A stretch of DNA of 64,000 nucleotides from Candidatus Aminicenantales bacterium (GCA_049515535.1 JBEKTZ010000003.1:124001-188000); one strand, 5' to 3'. Shown: positions 19,099-29,274, counted from the stretch's first letter. Numbers and translations are program-made. Notes: generated by a model from the sequence alone, not told the origin.

Positions 19099-19226
19099 AA
19101 TCTCTCGGGAAGATTTTAAGGGATTTCGCGAATAAAAGAAAGCGCCATCACGGGGCAAAGGCGCGGCTTGTTTCCGGCGGCGGCGTGTAATATATTAATT
19201 GATAAAAAAGGAAAGGAGTCCAAGGG

Positions 19227-21653
19227 ATGAACCATCGACACATGCGGATCTGTCCTGTCGTTCTGGCATTCGTTCTGGCCGCCGTTCCGGCCTGCTCGCA
19301 AAAGCCGAAATCGGATTATGCCGTCAAAGCCGTGCCGCTCGCCGCGGTCAAATTCGCCGGCGGTTTTTGGGCCCGGCGGCAGGCGACCGACATCGCTGTG
19401 ACCATCCGCCACGAAATGAAGGAAGCCGAAGAGACCAACCGCATCAAAAACTTCGAGACGGCGGCCGCCGCTCTGCGGGGCGAGAAGGGCGGCAAATTCG
19501 CCACGGTCTATCCCTTCGACGACTCCGATGTCTATAAGATCATCGAAGCCGCAGCCTACACGCTGCTGCTGCATCCCGATGCCGAGCTCGAAAAGGCGCT
19601 GGATGCGTGGATCGCCAAGATCGGCGCGGCCATGGAGCCCGACGGCTATATTTACACGGCGCGGACGATCGATCCCAAGAAGCCGCCCCGGATGTCCGGC
19701 CCGGAGCGCTGGACAAACGAAAGGAACAGCCATGAGCTCTACAACGCCGGGCATATGTACGAGGCGGCCGCAGCCCACTTCCAGGCGACGGGGAAGAGGA
19801 TTTTCCTCGACCTCGCCCTGAAGAACGCGGACTTCGTCGCCAAGACGTTCGGGCCGGGCAAAGGTCAGCTCAAGTTCGTGCCCGGGCACGAGGTGATCGA
19901 AATGGGCCTGGTCAAGCTTTTCCGCGTCACGGGCAAAATGAAATACCTCGACCTGGCCAAGTTTTTCATCGACGAGCGCGGCAACGCCGCCGGGCACAAG
20001 CTCTACGGCGAATACAACCAGGATCATAAGCCGGTCATCGAGCAAACCGAGGCCGTGGGACACGCCGTCCGGGCGGCTTACCTGTATGCCGGCGTCACGG
20101 ACGTCGCGGCGCTCACCGGCGACCGCCGCTACATGGACGCCATGGACAAGATCTGGGACGACATCGTCTCGAAAAAACTCTATCTCACCGGCGGCATCGG
20201 CGCCGCGGGCGGCATCGAAGGCTTCGGCCCGGCCTATGACCTTCCGAACCCGAGCGGCTACGCCGAGACCTGCGCCACGATCGCCTACGCCCTCTGGAAC
20301 TACCGGATGTTCCTGTATTACGCCGACGCGAAATACATGGACCTCTTCGAGCGCGCCGCCTACAACGCATTTCTCTCGGGATACGGCTTCAGCGGCGATC
20401 GTTTCTTTTATCCCAACCCTCTGGCCTCTTACGGCCAGCATGAGCGGACCGCCTGGTTCACTTGCGCCTGCTGCCCGCCCAATGTGGCCCGCTTCATCGC
20501 CGAGCTCGGCGGGTTCGCTTACGGGGTCGAGGCCGATAAGGTCTTCGTGAACCTCTATACCCAGGGGACGGCCGAGATCGAAACGAAGGCCGGTAAAGTC
20601 GTCCTCGAACAGACGACGGAATATCCATGGAAGGGAGAAATCAAGCTCCGCGTCACGCCAGAGAAAGCCGCGGCCCTCGCCCTGATGGTCCGCATTCCCG
20701 GCTGGGCGCAGGGCCGGCCGCTGCCGAGCGATCTCTACCGGGACGCCGAAGACATCAAAGATCAGCCCGTCGTCAAAGTGAACGGAGAGGCGGTGCCCCT
20801 GAAGATCGAGAAGGGATATGCCCCTCTCGTCCGCACCTGGCAGAAGGACGATCTGGTCGAGATCCATTTGCCGATGCCCGTACGGCGCGTTCTGGCGAAC
20901 GAGAACGTCAAAGACGACATCGGACGGGTCGCGGTCGAGCGCGGACCGCTCGTCTATTGCGCCGAATGGCCGGACAACAACGGCGCCGTGAGCAACCTCG
21001 TCCTCGACGATAAAGCGGTTCTGACGGCCGAGCCGCAGCCGAATCTCCTGAACGGCGTCACGGTGATCTCGGGCGACGCGACGGCTTATCGCTACAAACA
21101 GGGCAAGCTCGTCCGCGAAAACAGGAAGTTGACGCTGATCCCGTATTACGCCTGGGCGCACCGCGGCCGAGGCGAGATGGAAGTCTGGCTCGCCCGCGAA
21201 CCGCAAAAAGCCCGGGCCATTCCCGAACCGACGCCGGCCTCGACGGCGAAGGCCAGCTCATCGGAAGGGGGGAAGGGCGTCAACGCCATCCACGATCTTT
21301 TCGAGCCGGAAAACTCCGGCGATCACGGCCACGGCTATCTCCACTGGTGGCCGAAGAAAGGCACCGTCGAGTGGGTCCAATATGATTTCGCGGCGCCTTT
21401 GACCGTTTCCGAAACGTCCTTGTACTGGTTCGACGACACGGGCGGCGGAGAATGCCGCGTGCCCGCTTCCTGGAAAGCGCTTTATAAGGCGGGCGATAAA
21501 TGGATCCCGGTGAAAAACGCCGGGCCGTTCGGCGTGGACAAGGACAAATACAACACCGTCAAATTCGCGCCCGTCCGGACCTCGGCCCTGCGGCTCGAAA
21601 TCCGGCTTCCGGAAAAGTTCTCGGCGGGCATTCAGGAATGGAAGGTGAAATAA
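19227..21653 (+). CDS. GH127 beta-L-arabinofuranosidase-like lipoprotein with a C-terminal discoidin/CBM-like domain
   Basis: Lipobox-like VPAC, DSDVYK, HELYNAGH, GHAVRA, ETCA and CACCPPN motifs. Confidence 0.88.
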   Translation: MNHRHMRICPVVLAFVLAAVPACSQKPKSDYAVKAVPLAAVKFAGGFWARRQATDIAVTIRHEMKEAEETNRIKNFETAAAALRGEKGGKFATVYPFDDSDVYKIIEAAAYTLLLHPDAELEKALDAWIAKIGAAMEPDGYIYTARTIDPKKPPRMSGPERWTNERNSHELYNAGHMYEAAAAHFQATGKRIFLDLALKNADFVAKTFGPGKGQLKFVPGHEVIEMGLVKLFRVTGKMKYLDLAKFFIDERGNAAGHKLYGEYNQDHKPVIEQTEAVGHAVRAAYLYAGVTDVAALTGDRRYMDAMDKIWDDIVSKKLYLTGGIGAAGGIEGFGPAYDLPNPSGYAETCATIAYALWNYRMFLYYADAKYMDLFERAAYNAFLSGYGFSGDRFFYPNPLASYGQHERTAWFTCACCPPNVARFIAELGGFAYGVEADKVFVNLYTQGTAEIETKAGKVVLEQTTEYPWKGEIKLRVTPEKAAALALMVRIPGWAQGRPLPSDLYRDAEDIKDQPVVKVNGEAVPLKIEKGYAPLVRTWQKDDLVEIHLPMPVRRVLANENVKDDIGRVAVERGPLVYCAEWPDNNGAVSNLVLDDKAVLTAEPQPNLLNGVTVISGDATAYRYKQGKLVRENRKLTLIPYYAWAHRGRGEMEVWLAREPQKARAIPEPTPASTAKASSSEGGKGVNAIHDLFEPENSGDHGHGYLHWWPKKGTVEWVQYDFAAPLTVSETSLYWFDDTGGGECRVPASWKALYKAGDKWIPVKNAGPFGVDKDKYNTVKFAPVRTSALRLEIRLPEKFSAGIQEWKVK

Positions 21654-21661
21654 GAGGGCTT

Positions 21662-21797
21662 GGGGCATGCCGATCAAAACCGCGCGGATTTTCCCCGGCG
21701 AGGAAAGTCCGCTCGACTTCGTTCTCGCACTCTCGGAAATTTTATTTCCGAACCGTGCCCGCTCCGTCCTCAGACGGGTTTTGATGCGGCATGCCCC
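21662..21797. repeat. Family C structured repeat, copy 2
   Basis: Closing stem ggggcatgccg-atcaaaacc / ggttttgat-g-cggcatgcccc. The core is homologous to the reverse complement of 2778-2884. Confidence 0.8.
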
Positions 21798-21841
21798 TCG
21801 CCCCGGTGATAAAAGCAAAGGGAGAAGGAGGCTGGAGGGGT

Positions 21842-24232
21842 ATGAAAAATAAAACTCGGGTCATCGTGGGATTCGGTCTGCTTATTTCTATCCTGGCCGT
21901 TGGGGGTGCTTTTTCTTCGGCCTGGCCCCAAAAGGCGGCCGGAGGGGGGAACGCCGTCCTCAATCCCTCGTTCGAGGACATGGCCGGCGATGGTCCCGCG
22001 GGCTGGCGCAAGGTGACGCATCAGCCCCGGGGGAACTTCGAGATCGACGAGACCGTCGCCCACACGGGAAAGCACAGCGCTAAAATCTCCTCGGCCGAGG
22101 GCGGCGATATCTCCTGGAGCGCCGTCGCGCCCGTCCGGCCGTATTCCCGATACAAGCTGAGCGGATGGATCAAAACGCAAGACGTCAAACCCATTGGCGG
22201 GGCCCGGGGCGCGCTGTTCAACATCCAGGGCCTCGAGCGCCTGCAGACGAAACCCGTTACTGGGACCGAGGACTGGACGAACGTCGAGATCATGATCGAG
22301 ACCGAGGGAAACGATGCCCTGCAGATCAATTGCCTTTTCGGGGGATGGGGCAGGGCCACGGGCACGGCCTGGTACGACGACGTCCGGCTCGAGCTCGTTT
22401 CCTCGAAGGAGCTCAACCCGAGGGCCGCGATCGATACGACGCAAACGCTCGCCCCGATCTCGAAATACATCTACGGCCAGTTCATCGAGCACCTGGGCCG
22501 CTGCATCTACCAGGGCATCTGGGCCGAGATGCTCGAGGACCGGAAGTTCTATTATCCCGTCGCCGACAAGGAATCGCCGTGGAAGATCATCGGCGATTCG
22601 CGCAACGTCCGGATGAACCCCATCGTCCCCTACGTCGGCGTCCACGCGCCGGAAATCCGTTTGAGAGGAAATGGCGACGCCGGCGGCCTCTTTCAGGAAA
22701 ACCTCGCTGTGGTCAAAGGCCAAAGCTATGAGGGCCGGATCGTCATCGCCGCCGATCCTGGGGCGCAGCCCATCCAGGTTTCGCTCATATGGGGGCCCGG
22801 CCCGGGCGAGCGCCGGACGGTCGATCTCTCCGGGCTCGATGCGAGTTATCGGACGATTCCGCTGAATTTCACGGCCGACGGTTCGAGCGAGAACGCCCGG
22901 CTCGAAATCACGAGCAAGGGGACGGAATCCTTTCGCGTGGGCACATTGTCGCTCATGCCGGCCGACAACGTCGACGGATTCCGGTCCGAGGTCTTGAGCG
23001 TCCTCAAGGACCTCGATGCTCCGGTCTATCGCTGGCCGGGCGGGAACTTCGTCAGCGGCTATGACTGGAAAGACGGCCTCGGCGACCCCGATCGGCGTCC
23101 CCCGCGCAAGAACCCGGCCTGGCTCGGCGTCGAACACAACGACGTCGGCCTCCACGAGTTCTTGAATTTCTGCCGGATCATCGGCACGGACCCTTACATC
23201 TCCGTAAACAGCGGACAGGGAAACGAAATGCTGGCCGGCGAGGAAGTCGAATACGTCAACGGCGGCGCCGGCACGCCGATGGGCCAATGGCGCGCCCGGA
23301 ACGGCCGGACCGAACCGTGGGGCGTCAAGTTCTGGTCGATCGGCAACGAAATGTACGGGAACTGGCAGCTCGGACATATGCCGCTCCAGGATTACGCGAA
23401 GAAGCACAACCGCTTCGCCCAGGCCATGCGGGCCAAAGACCCTTCGATCAAGCTGATCGCGGTCGGGGCGATCGGCGCCTGGAGCGAGGGCATGCTGGCG
23501 TCGAACGCCGAAGCCATGGACTATATGAGCGAGCACTTTTATTGCGGCGAACTGCCCGGTCTCATGGGCCACGTCGCCCAGATCCCGCGCCAGGTGCGGC
23601 GCATCGCCGAGGCCCATCGTAAATACCGGACGACGATCCCGGCGCTCAAAGGCAGGAACATCCTCGTCGCGCTCGACGAGTGGAACTATTGGTACGGGCC
23701 GTACATCTACGGCGAGCTGGGGACGCGCTATTTTTTGAAAGACGCGCTCGGGATCGCGGCGGGGCTGCACGAGTATTTCCGGCAGAGCGACATCATCTTT
23801 ATGGCCAATTACGCCCAGACGGTGAACGTCATCGGCGCGATTAAGACGACGAAGACCGCGGCCGAGCTGGAGACGACGGGGCTCGCGCTCAAGCTTTACC
23901 GGGCGCACTTCGGGACGATCCCGGTGACGGTGAGCGGCGCGCCGGAGCCGTTGGATGTCGCGGCGGCCTGGAAGGACGGAAAGAAGGTCCTGACTTTGGC
24001 CGTGGTCAACCCGACCAAAACGGCGCAGACGCTTCCTCTGTCGTTCAAGGGCGTCAGCGTGCCGAAATCGGCGAAGCTGTATTTGATCGCGGGCGGCGAT
24101 GAGAACGCCTACAACGAGCCGGGCAAAGAGCCGGCCGTGAAAATCCAGGAAATTTCCGGCGCGCCGTTCGGTGCGAAGTTGACGCTACCCCCGATCAGCA
24201 TCTCGTTGTACGAGATCCAGATCGGGAAATAG
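21842..24232 (+). CDS. GH51 alpha-L-arabinofuranosidase with N-terminal CBM4/9-like domain
   Basis: Signal peptide, NPSFE, YGQFIEHLGR, RWPGGN, IGNE, DEWN and AQTVNV motifs. Confidence 0.9.
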   Translation: MKNKTRVIVGFGLLISILAVGGAFSSAWPQKAAGGGNAVLNPSFEDMAGDGPAGWRKVTHQPRGNFEIDETVAHTGKHSAKISSAEGGDISWSAVAPVRPYSRYKLSGWIKTQDVKPIGGARGALFNIQGLERLQTKPVTGTEDWTNVEIMIETEGNDALQINCLFGGWGRATGTAWYDDVRLELVSSKELNPRAAIDTTQTLAPISKYIYGQFIEHLGRCIYQGIWAEMLEDRKFYYPVADKESPWKIIGDSRNVRMNPIVPYVGVHAPEIRLRGNGDAGGLFQENLAVVKGQSYEGRIVIAADPGAQPIQVSLIWGPGPGERRTVDLSGLDASYRTIPLNFTADGSSENARLEITSKGTESFRVGTLSLMPADNVDGFRSEVLSVLKDLDAPVYRWPGGNFVSGYDWKDGLGDPDRRPPRKNPAWLGVEHNDVGLHEFLNFCRIIGTDPYISVNSGQGNEMLAGEEVEYVNGGAGTPMGQWRARNGRTEPWGVKFWSIGNEMYGNWQLGHMPLQDYAKKHNRFAQAMRAKDPSIKLIAVGAIGAWSEGMLASNAEAMDYMSEHFYCGELPGLMGHVAQIPRQVRRIAEAHRKYRTTIPALKGRNILVALDEWNYWYGPYIYGELGTRYFLKDALGIAAGLHEYFRQSDIIFMANYAQTVNVIGAIKTTKTAAELETTGLALKLYRAHFGTIPVTVSGAPEPLDVAAAWKDGKKVLTLAVVNPTKTAQTLPLSFKGVSVPKSAKLYLIAGGDENAYNEPGKEPAVKIQEISGAPFGAKLTLPPISISLYEIQIGK

Positions 24233-24433
24233 GCCGCCGGGGCCAAACTCATCAAGTGCATCAAGGGCGAGTTGACCGTTCGCTTCGTCGCGCCGGCCAA
24301 GACGGGCGAGCGCTACAAAATCGTCGGCCGCGTGATCGAGGAGAAGGGCAGGATCGTTCTCGCGGAAAGCGAGCTGACCGATGCCGGAGGCCGGCGGATC
24401 GTCCGCGCCCATGGAAAGCTGTTCAAGATTTGA
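24233..24433 (+). pseudogene. 5'-truncated PaaI/hotdog thioesterase remnant
   Basis: Manual translation AAGAKLIKCIKGELTVRFVAPAKTGERYKIVGRVIEEKGRIVLAESELTDAGGRRIVRAHGKLFKI*. No RBS or ATG start. Confidence 0.65.
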
Positions 24434-24441
24434 GGTGGGAC

Positions 24442-26445
24442 ATGAATCCAAGGAATGATCCAAAGAATTTGATCGCCTTTTCCATGCTCGTTCTGATGGC
24501 CCTCGCCGCCGGCTGCGCCGGGCACAAAAAAGATTATCCGGTCACGCCCGTGAGCTTCACCCAGGTCCGGGTCAACGACGCTTTCTGGGCGCCGAAGCTC
24601 GAAACGAATCGAGCCGTGACCGTGCCTTTCGCCCTGCAGAAAAACGAAGAGACCGGCCGCGTGGACAATTTCCGAAAGGCCGCGCGCTTGATGGCCGGCG
24701 CTTATCAGGGCAAGCGCTATAACGATTCGGATGTCTATAAGGTCATGGAGGGCGCGGCGTATACTCTGATGCTCCATCCGGACCCGCAGCTCAAGAAGCG
24801 GCTCGACGACCTGATCGCCGTCATCGGCAAGGCCCAGGAGCCGGACGGCTATCTTTATACGACGCGCACGATCGATCCCGGAAATCCGGCGCCGGGAGCC
24901 GGCAAAGAGCGCTGGTCCAACCTGCGCGTGAGCCACGAGCTCTACAACGTCGGCCACATGTATGAAGCCGCCGTGGCCCATTTCCAGGCGACGGGCGAGC
25001 GGAGTTTCCTGGACGTCGCGATCAAGAACGCCGACCTTCTTGTCCGCACGTTCGGGCCCGGAAAGCGCCGCGGGTTTCCCGGCCACCAGGAGGTCGAGAT
25101 CGGCCTATCCAAGCTCTATCGCCTCACCGGCAATCCGGCCTATCTCGATTTGGCCAAATTCTTTCTCGACGAGCGAGGGCATTATTTCGGCGGCGAGAGG
25201 CACGACCCAAAAGATCCCTTCGCCGTCTACGACTCGGACGAATACCTGCAGAACCACAAGCCCGTCCTCGAGCAGGACGAAGCGGTCGGCCACGCCGTCC
25301 GGGCGATGTACATGTTTGCCGGCATGGCCGACATCGCGGCGCTCGGCGGATTTCCCGAGTACGTCCAAGCCATCGACCGCCTCTGGGAGAACGTCGTCGG
25401 GAAAAAGATGTATTTGACCGGCGGGGTGGGGGCGCGCGACACATCCGAGGCTTTCGGCGACGCTTACGAGCTTCCGAATGCGAGCGCCTACACTGAGACC
25501 TGCGCGGCCATCGGCAACGCCCTCTGGCAGGAGCGGCTGTTTCTGTTGCACGGCGACGCGAAATACGCCGACGCGCTCGAGCGCGTCATGTACAACGGCT
25601 TGATCTCCGGCGTCTCGCTCGACGGCATGTCGTTTTTCTATCAGAACCCGCTCGAATCGGCCGGCGGATACGGCCGCAGCGCGTGGTTCGAAGTCGCCTG
25701 CTGCCCGCCGAACATCACCCGCTTCCTGCCCTCGGTCCCAGGGTACGTTTACGCCGTGAAAGGCGAAGCGCTTTACGTGAATTTATTCATCGGAAACACG
25801 GCCGCGGTCGAGGTCAATGGGCGGACCATCGACCTCAAACAGGAGACGCGCTACCCCTGGGACGGCGCGGTCAAGATCGCGGTCGGACCCGATAAGCCGG
25901 TCGAATTCACGGTCAATGTCCGCATTCCCGGATGGGCTCAACATCGGCCCGTCCCGGGCGATCTTTATGAGTTCGCGGACACGAGCGATGAGCCGATCGC
26001 CCTGAGCATGAACGGCGCCGCCGTCTCGCTCGAGATGGACCGGGGCTACGCGCGGATCAAGCGAACGTGGAAGAAAGGCGACGTCATCGATCTCCTGCTG
26101 CCCATGCCGGTCCGCCGCGTCGTCGCCCATGCCTCCGTGAAAGCCGATGCCGGGAGGATCGCCCTCCAGCGCGGGCCGATCGTGTTTTGCGCCGAGGGGA
26201 TCGATAACGGAGGGAAAGTCCTGAACTTGGCCCTCTCCGATCGCGCCGTTTTCCGGGCCGAATTCCGGCCCGATCTTCTGAACGGCGTCGTCGTCCTCAG
26301 GGGGAAAGCCCGGACCGAGAACCCCTCTGAGGGCGGAAAGATTTCATTACCCAAAGAACGGGATTTCCTCGCGATCCCGTATTACGCCTGGGCCAACCGC
26401 GGCGCCGGCGAAATGGAAGTCTGGTTCCCGCGAATCAAGGATTGA
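24442..26445 (+). CDS. GH127 beta-L-arabinofuranosidase-like lipoprotein (paralog)
   Basis: Lipobox AAGC, DSDVYK, HELYNVGH, ETCA and ACCPPN motifs. Confidence 0.88.
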   Translation: MNPRNDPKNLIAFSMLVLMALAAGCAGHKKDYPVTPVSFTQVRVNDAFWAPKLETNRAVTVPFALQKNEETGRVDNFRKAARLMAGAYQGKRYNDSDVYKVMEGAAYTLMLHPDPQLKKRLDDLIAVIGKAQEPDGYLYTTRTIDPGNPAPGAGKERWSNLRVSHELYNVGHMYEAAVAHFQATGERSFLDVAIKNADLLVRTFGPGKRRGFPGHQEVEIGLSKLYRLTGNPAYLDLAKFFLDERGHYFGGERHDPKDPFAVYDSDEYLQNHKPVLEQDEAVGHAVRAMYMFAGMADIAALGGFPEYVQAIDRLWENVVGKKMYLTGGVGARDTSEAFGDAYELPNASAYTETCAAIGNALWQERLFLLHGDAKYADALERVMYNGLISGVSLDGMSFFYQNPLESAGGYGRSAWFEVACCPPNITRFLPSVPGYVYAVKGEALYVNLFIGNTAAVEVNGRTIDLKQETRYPWDGAVKIAVGPDKPVEFTVNVRIPGWAQHRPVPGDLYEFADTSDEPIALSMNGAAVSLEMDRGYARIKRTWKKGDVIDLLLPMPVRRVVAHASVKADAGRIALQRGPIVFCAEGIDNGGKVLNLALSDRAVFRAEFRPDLLNGVVVLRGKARTENPSEGGKISLPKERDFLAIPYYAWANRGAGEMEVWFPRIKD

Positions 26446-26497
26446 CGAAGCTTGCCTTCTGCGCCCGGGAAGCGGATTAGGCCGCGGGGGCAAGACC

Positions 26498-27643
26498 TCA
26501 GACGACCGTCTTTTTGCCCTCTTTCCGAAGTCGATATTGTCCTTCGATCCAGGCATAGGTCTTCCGCATGCCGACGCGCAGAGGCGTATCCGGCTCCCAG
26601 CCGAGAACGCGCTTGATCATGGTGTTGTCGCTGTTGCGGCCGGCGACACCTTTGGGCGCGGTCGGGTCGTATTTTCGCTTGAACATCGCTCCGGCGATCC
26701 CTTCGACGAGGCTGACGAGGTCTTTGACCGAAATGAGCTCGCTTGTGCCCAAGTTGATGGGTGTCGCGATCAGGCCGTCGAAATGGGTGATCATATCAAT
26801 GCCCTTGACGCAGTCGTCGATATACATGAAGCTCCGCGTCTGCGTCCCGTCGCCCCATATTTCGAGCTCTTTCTTGCCCTGGTCCTTGGCGGCGATGACC
26901 TTGCGGCAGAGGGCGGCCGGCGCTTTCTCGCGGCCGCCGTCCCAGGTGCCCCAGGGACCGTAGACGTTGTGGAAGCGGGCGATGAACGTCTGCATCCCCC
27001 GCTCGGCCCAATATTCCTGACAGAGCATCTCCGACACCAGTTTTTCCCAGCCGTAGCCCCGCTCGGCCATGGCCGGGTAAGCGTCCGACTCTTTGAGGGC
27101 CCGGACATTCGGGTCTTTCTGGAGATCGGTGTTATAGACGCAGGCCGAGGAGGAATAGAAATAGCGATCCACTCCGGCCCTGTAAGCGGATTCGATCATG
27201 TGCGTGTTGATGAGGACGCTGCGCAGACACTCGATGCGGAACCGCTCGATGAAGCCCATCCCGCCCATGTCGGCCGCGAGCTGATAAACCTCGCTCGCGC
27301 CTTCCACCGCCCGGCGGCAGTTTTTTTCTTGGCTCAGGTCGAGGCAGAGGCACTCGGCGCCCCGCACGCGCTGGTACCATTCGGACAGGGGCTTTTTGTC
27401 GACGGCGCGGATGCGGGTGAAGCCTTTATCATGAAAATAGCGGGCCAGTGACCCGCCGATGAATCCGCCGCCTCCGGCGATGACGATCTGGATGTCCTTG
27501 TCGACGGCGGACGGGGCCCCGGGCTTTGCCCGGGGGTCCACTTCCGCCGTACTCGCCCGTGGATATAAGCCACGGGCGAGTGGTGAGCCGGAGGCTCGTC
27601 CCTTGACCGCTTGTTTTTTCACGGGGGCTTTTTTCTCGGCCAT
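26498..27643 (-). CDS. NAD-dependent epimerase/dehydratase (GDP-mannose 3,5-epimerase-like) carrying an in-frame family A insert
   Basis: RBS ggagg, GGGGFIG, ADMGGMGFI, YGWEK, RFHNVYGP and REKAPAA motifs. Confidence 0.88.
   Translation of the reverse strand: MAEKKAPVKKQAVKGRASGSPLARGLYPRASTAEVDPRAKPGAPSAVDKDIQIVIAGGGGFIGGSLARYFHDKGFTRIRAVDKKPLSEWYQRVRGAECLCLDLSQEKNCRRAVEGASEVYQLAADMGGMGFIERFRIECLRSVLINTHMIESAYRAGVDRYFYSSSACVYNTDLQKDPNVRALKESDAYPAMAERGYGWEKLVSEMLCQEYWAERGMQTFIARFHNVYGPWGTWDGGREKAPAALCRKVIAAKDQGKKELEIWGDGTQTRSFMYIDDCVKGIDMITHFDGLIATPINLGTSELISVKDLVSLVEGIAGAMFKRKYDPTAPKGVAGRNSDNTMIKRVLGWEPDTPLRVGMRKTYAWIEGQYRLRKEGKKTVV
27503..27607 (-). repeat. Family A element, long form, in frame inside the epimerase
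   Basis: Encodes VKGRASGSPLARGLYPRASTAEVDPRAKPGAPSAV just before the Rossmann motif. Confidence 0.95.
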
Positions 27644-27755
27644 GCGTTCCTCCCTGTCGGTTGACGATGAAGTCATATCCAATGTAAATGAAACGGCGCC
27701 CGGCGTCAACAGAATCGGCGCTGACCGTTATCGATGCCTGTCATGAAGGCGAGAT

Positions 27756-28319
27756 TCACATCCCCGCCCGGCGGCCCGCTTTGATTCTTTTCAGGGTCTC
27801 GGCGACGCGGCGCGCCCGCGTTTCAGGGCGCTTCGCGCTCTCGATCCACCAGGAATAGAGCTTCTTTTGAGAGGGCGGCATCCGCTCGAATTTTTTCTTG
27901 ATGGCGGGGCGACCGTTCAGCGCCTTCAGGAGGTCCGGAGGAACCTCTTTCGGCAGATCGATCCGGTCGCGTTTCGTCCAGGAACCGTTGCGCTTGGCGA
28001 TTTCGATCTTGGCCAATCCGGGCGCGGCCATGCGTCCTTCCGCGATCAATTTTTCCACCCGCGCCTTGTTCGCGGCCGACCAGACCGTTTTTTCTTTTCG
28101 CGGAGTCCATTTCTGCATGAAGCGGTCGTCGTCAAGTTTATTGACCGTGGAATCGATCCAGCCGTAGCCAAGAGCTTCTTCGAGCGCCTCTATGTAAGTG
28201 ATGGAAGTCTTTCCTGAAGCTTTTTTGTAGTAGGCGAGCCAGATCTCTTTTTCCTTATCGTGGTTCCGCTCGAGCCAGGAACGCCAGGCCGCCCGGTTTT
28301 TGAAAAGCTTGATCTTCAT
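27756..28319 (-). CDS. YdeI/OmpD-associated family protein
   Basis: AWRSWLE, ALGYGWID, WSAANK and AKRPETR motifs. Confidence 0.88.
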   Translation of the reverse strand: MKIKLFKNRAAWRSWLERNHDKEKEIWLAYYKKASGKTSITYIEALEEALGYGWIDSTVNKLDDDRFMQKWTPRKEKTVWSAANKARVEKLIAEGRMAAPGLAKIEIAKRNGSWTKRDRIDLPKEVPPDLLKALNGRPAIKKKFERMPPSQKKLYSWWIESAKRPETRARRVAETLKRIKAGRRAGM

Positions 28320-28420
28320 GGGCTTTCTTCCTTTTTATCATTGTATCTATTTGATGTCAAACATGTTAGGCTTTATCTTGTCCTATGTCGAAAGTGGATT
28401 CTGTGGTTTGGAGGAAACCC

Positions 28421-29161
28421 ATGAACCCGAAAATTCTGATCGCCGGTCCGGAAGCCAATGCCGGATACCTTCAGCCTTACGCGGACGCCGTGAGCGGAGC
28501 CGGCGGCGAAGTCGAGCTGGATCTGCCGGCGAAAGAAACGACAAATGATGAGAACGCGCTGAAGGAGTTCCTGCGTCCATTTCAAGGAGTTCTCCTGCCG
28601 GGGGGCACGGATATCGAGCCCGGGCGCTACGGCGAAGGCCCCCATGAGCGGCTGAAACCGCCCGACTGCGGATTGGACGAAAGCCAACTGGCCATCGCCC
28701 GTTTCGTCTTGCGGCATGATCTCCCGACGCTGGCCATCTGCCGCGGCCTCCAGATTTTGGCCGTCGCCGTCGGATTCGACCTCTTTCAGGATTTGTCGAG
28801 CCAGCGGCCTTCGAGCGTGAATCATCTCATGAGCGGGCCCGAAAACAAGAATAAGATGGCTCATGAGGTCGTCCTGGACGAGAACAGCCGGTTGGCGCGC
28901 CTCAGCGGATCCGCGCGGTTCCAGGTCAACAGCCGGCACCACCAGGCGATTCGCGAACGCGACGCAACGGGCTGGGCTGGGCCGTTCAAAGTGGTTGCCC
29001 GGGCGCCGGACGGCGTCGTGGAAGGCATGGAACATCCCGCTCAGCCGTTTCTTGTCGCCGTCCAGTGGCATCCGGAGAATCTGACGGCCGACCATTCGCC
29101 TTCCCAAGGTCTTTTTCGCGGCTTCATCGAAGCCGCCGGTCGAGCCCATAAAAGTCGATAA
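28421..29161 (+). CDS. Gamma-glutamyl-gamma-aminobutyrate hydrolase family (peptidase C26) glutamine amidotransferase
   Basis: LPGGTDI, ICRGLQ, VNSRHHQA and QWHPE motifs. Confidence 0.88.
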   Translation: MNPKILIAGPEANAGYLQPYADAVSGAGGEVELDLPAKETTNDENALKEFLRPFQGVLLPGGTDIEPGRYGEGPHERLKPPDCGLDESQLAIARFVLRHDLPTLAICRGLQILAVAVGFDLFQDLSSQRPSSVNHLMSGPENKNKMAHEVVLDENSRLARLSGSARFQVNSRHHQAIRERDATGWAGPFKVVARAPDGVVEGMEHPAQPFLVAVQWHPENLTADHSPSQGLFRGFIEAAGRAHKSR

Positions 29162-29274
29162 GTCATGGCGCCGTCGCCCGGACATGAGCGACGCGGCGGA
29201 TGGAAAGCGTCGAGCCGGAATATTCGCGGGTGATCGTCACATAAGCCGACGCAGAGTCTCGGCCTCGCGGTTTT

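Noticed and set aside
18961..19158. 65-aa ORF containing the family A peptide
   Set aside because: It is open mainly because the element is stop-free. There is no RBS or other coding signal, so the copy is treated as intergenic.
19116..23908. Long antisense ORFs (696 and 712 aa) and similar shadow ORFs across the window
   Set aside because: They lie opposite well-supported genes, have no motifs, and are expected from high-GC codon bias.
24256..24441. N-terminal extension of the second GH127
   Set aside because: The region reads as a thioesterase remnant in another frame. The lipoprotein signal starts at or after 24442.
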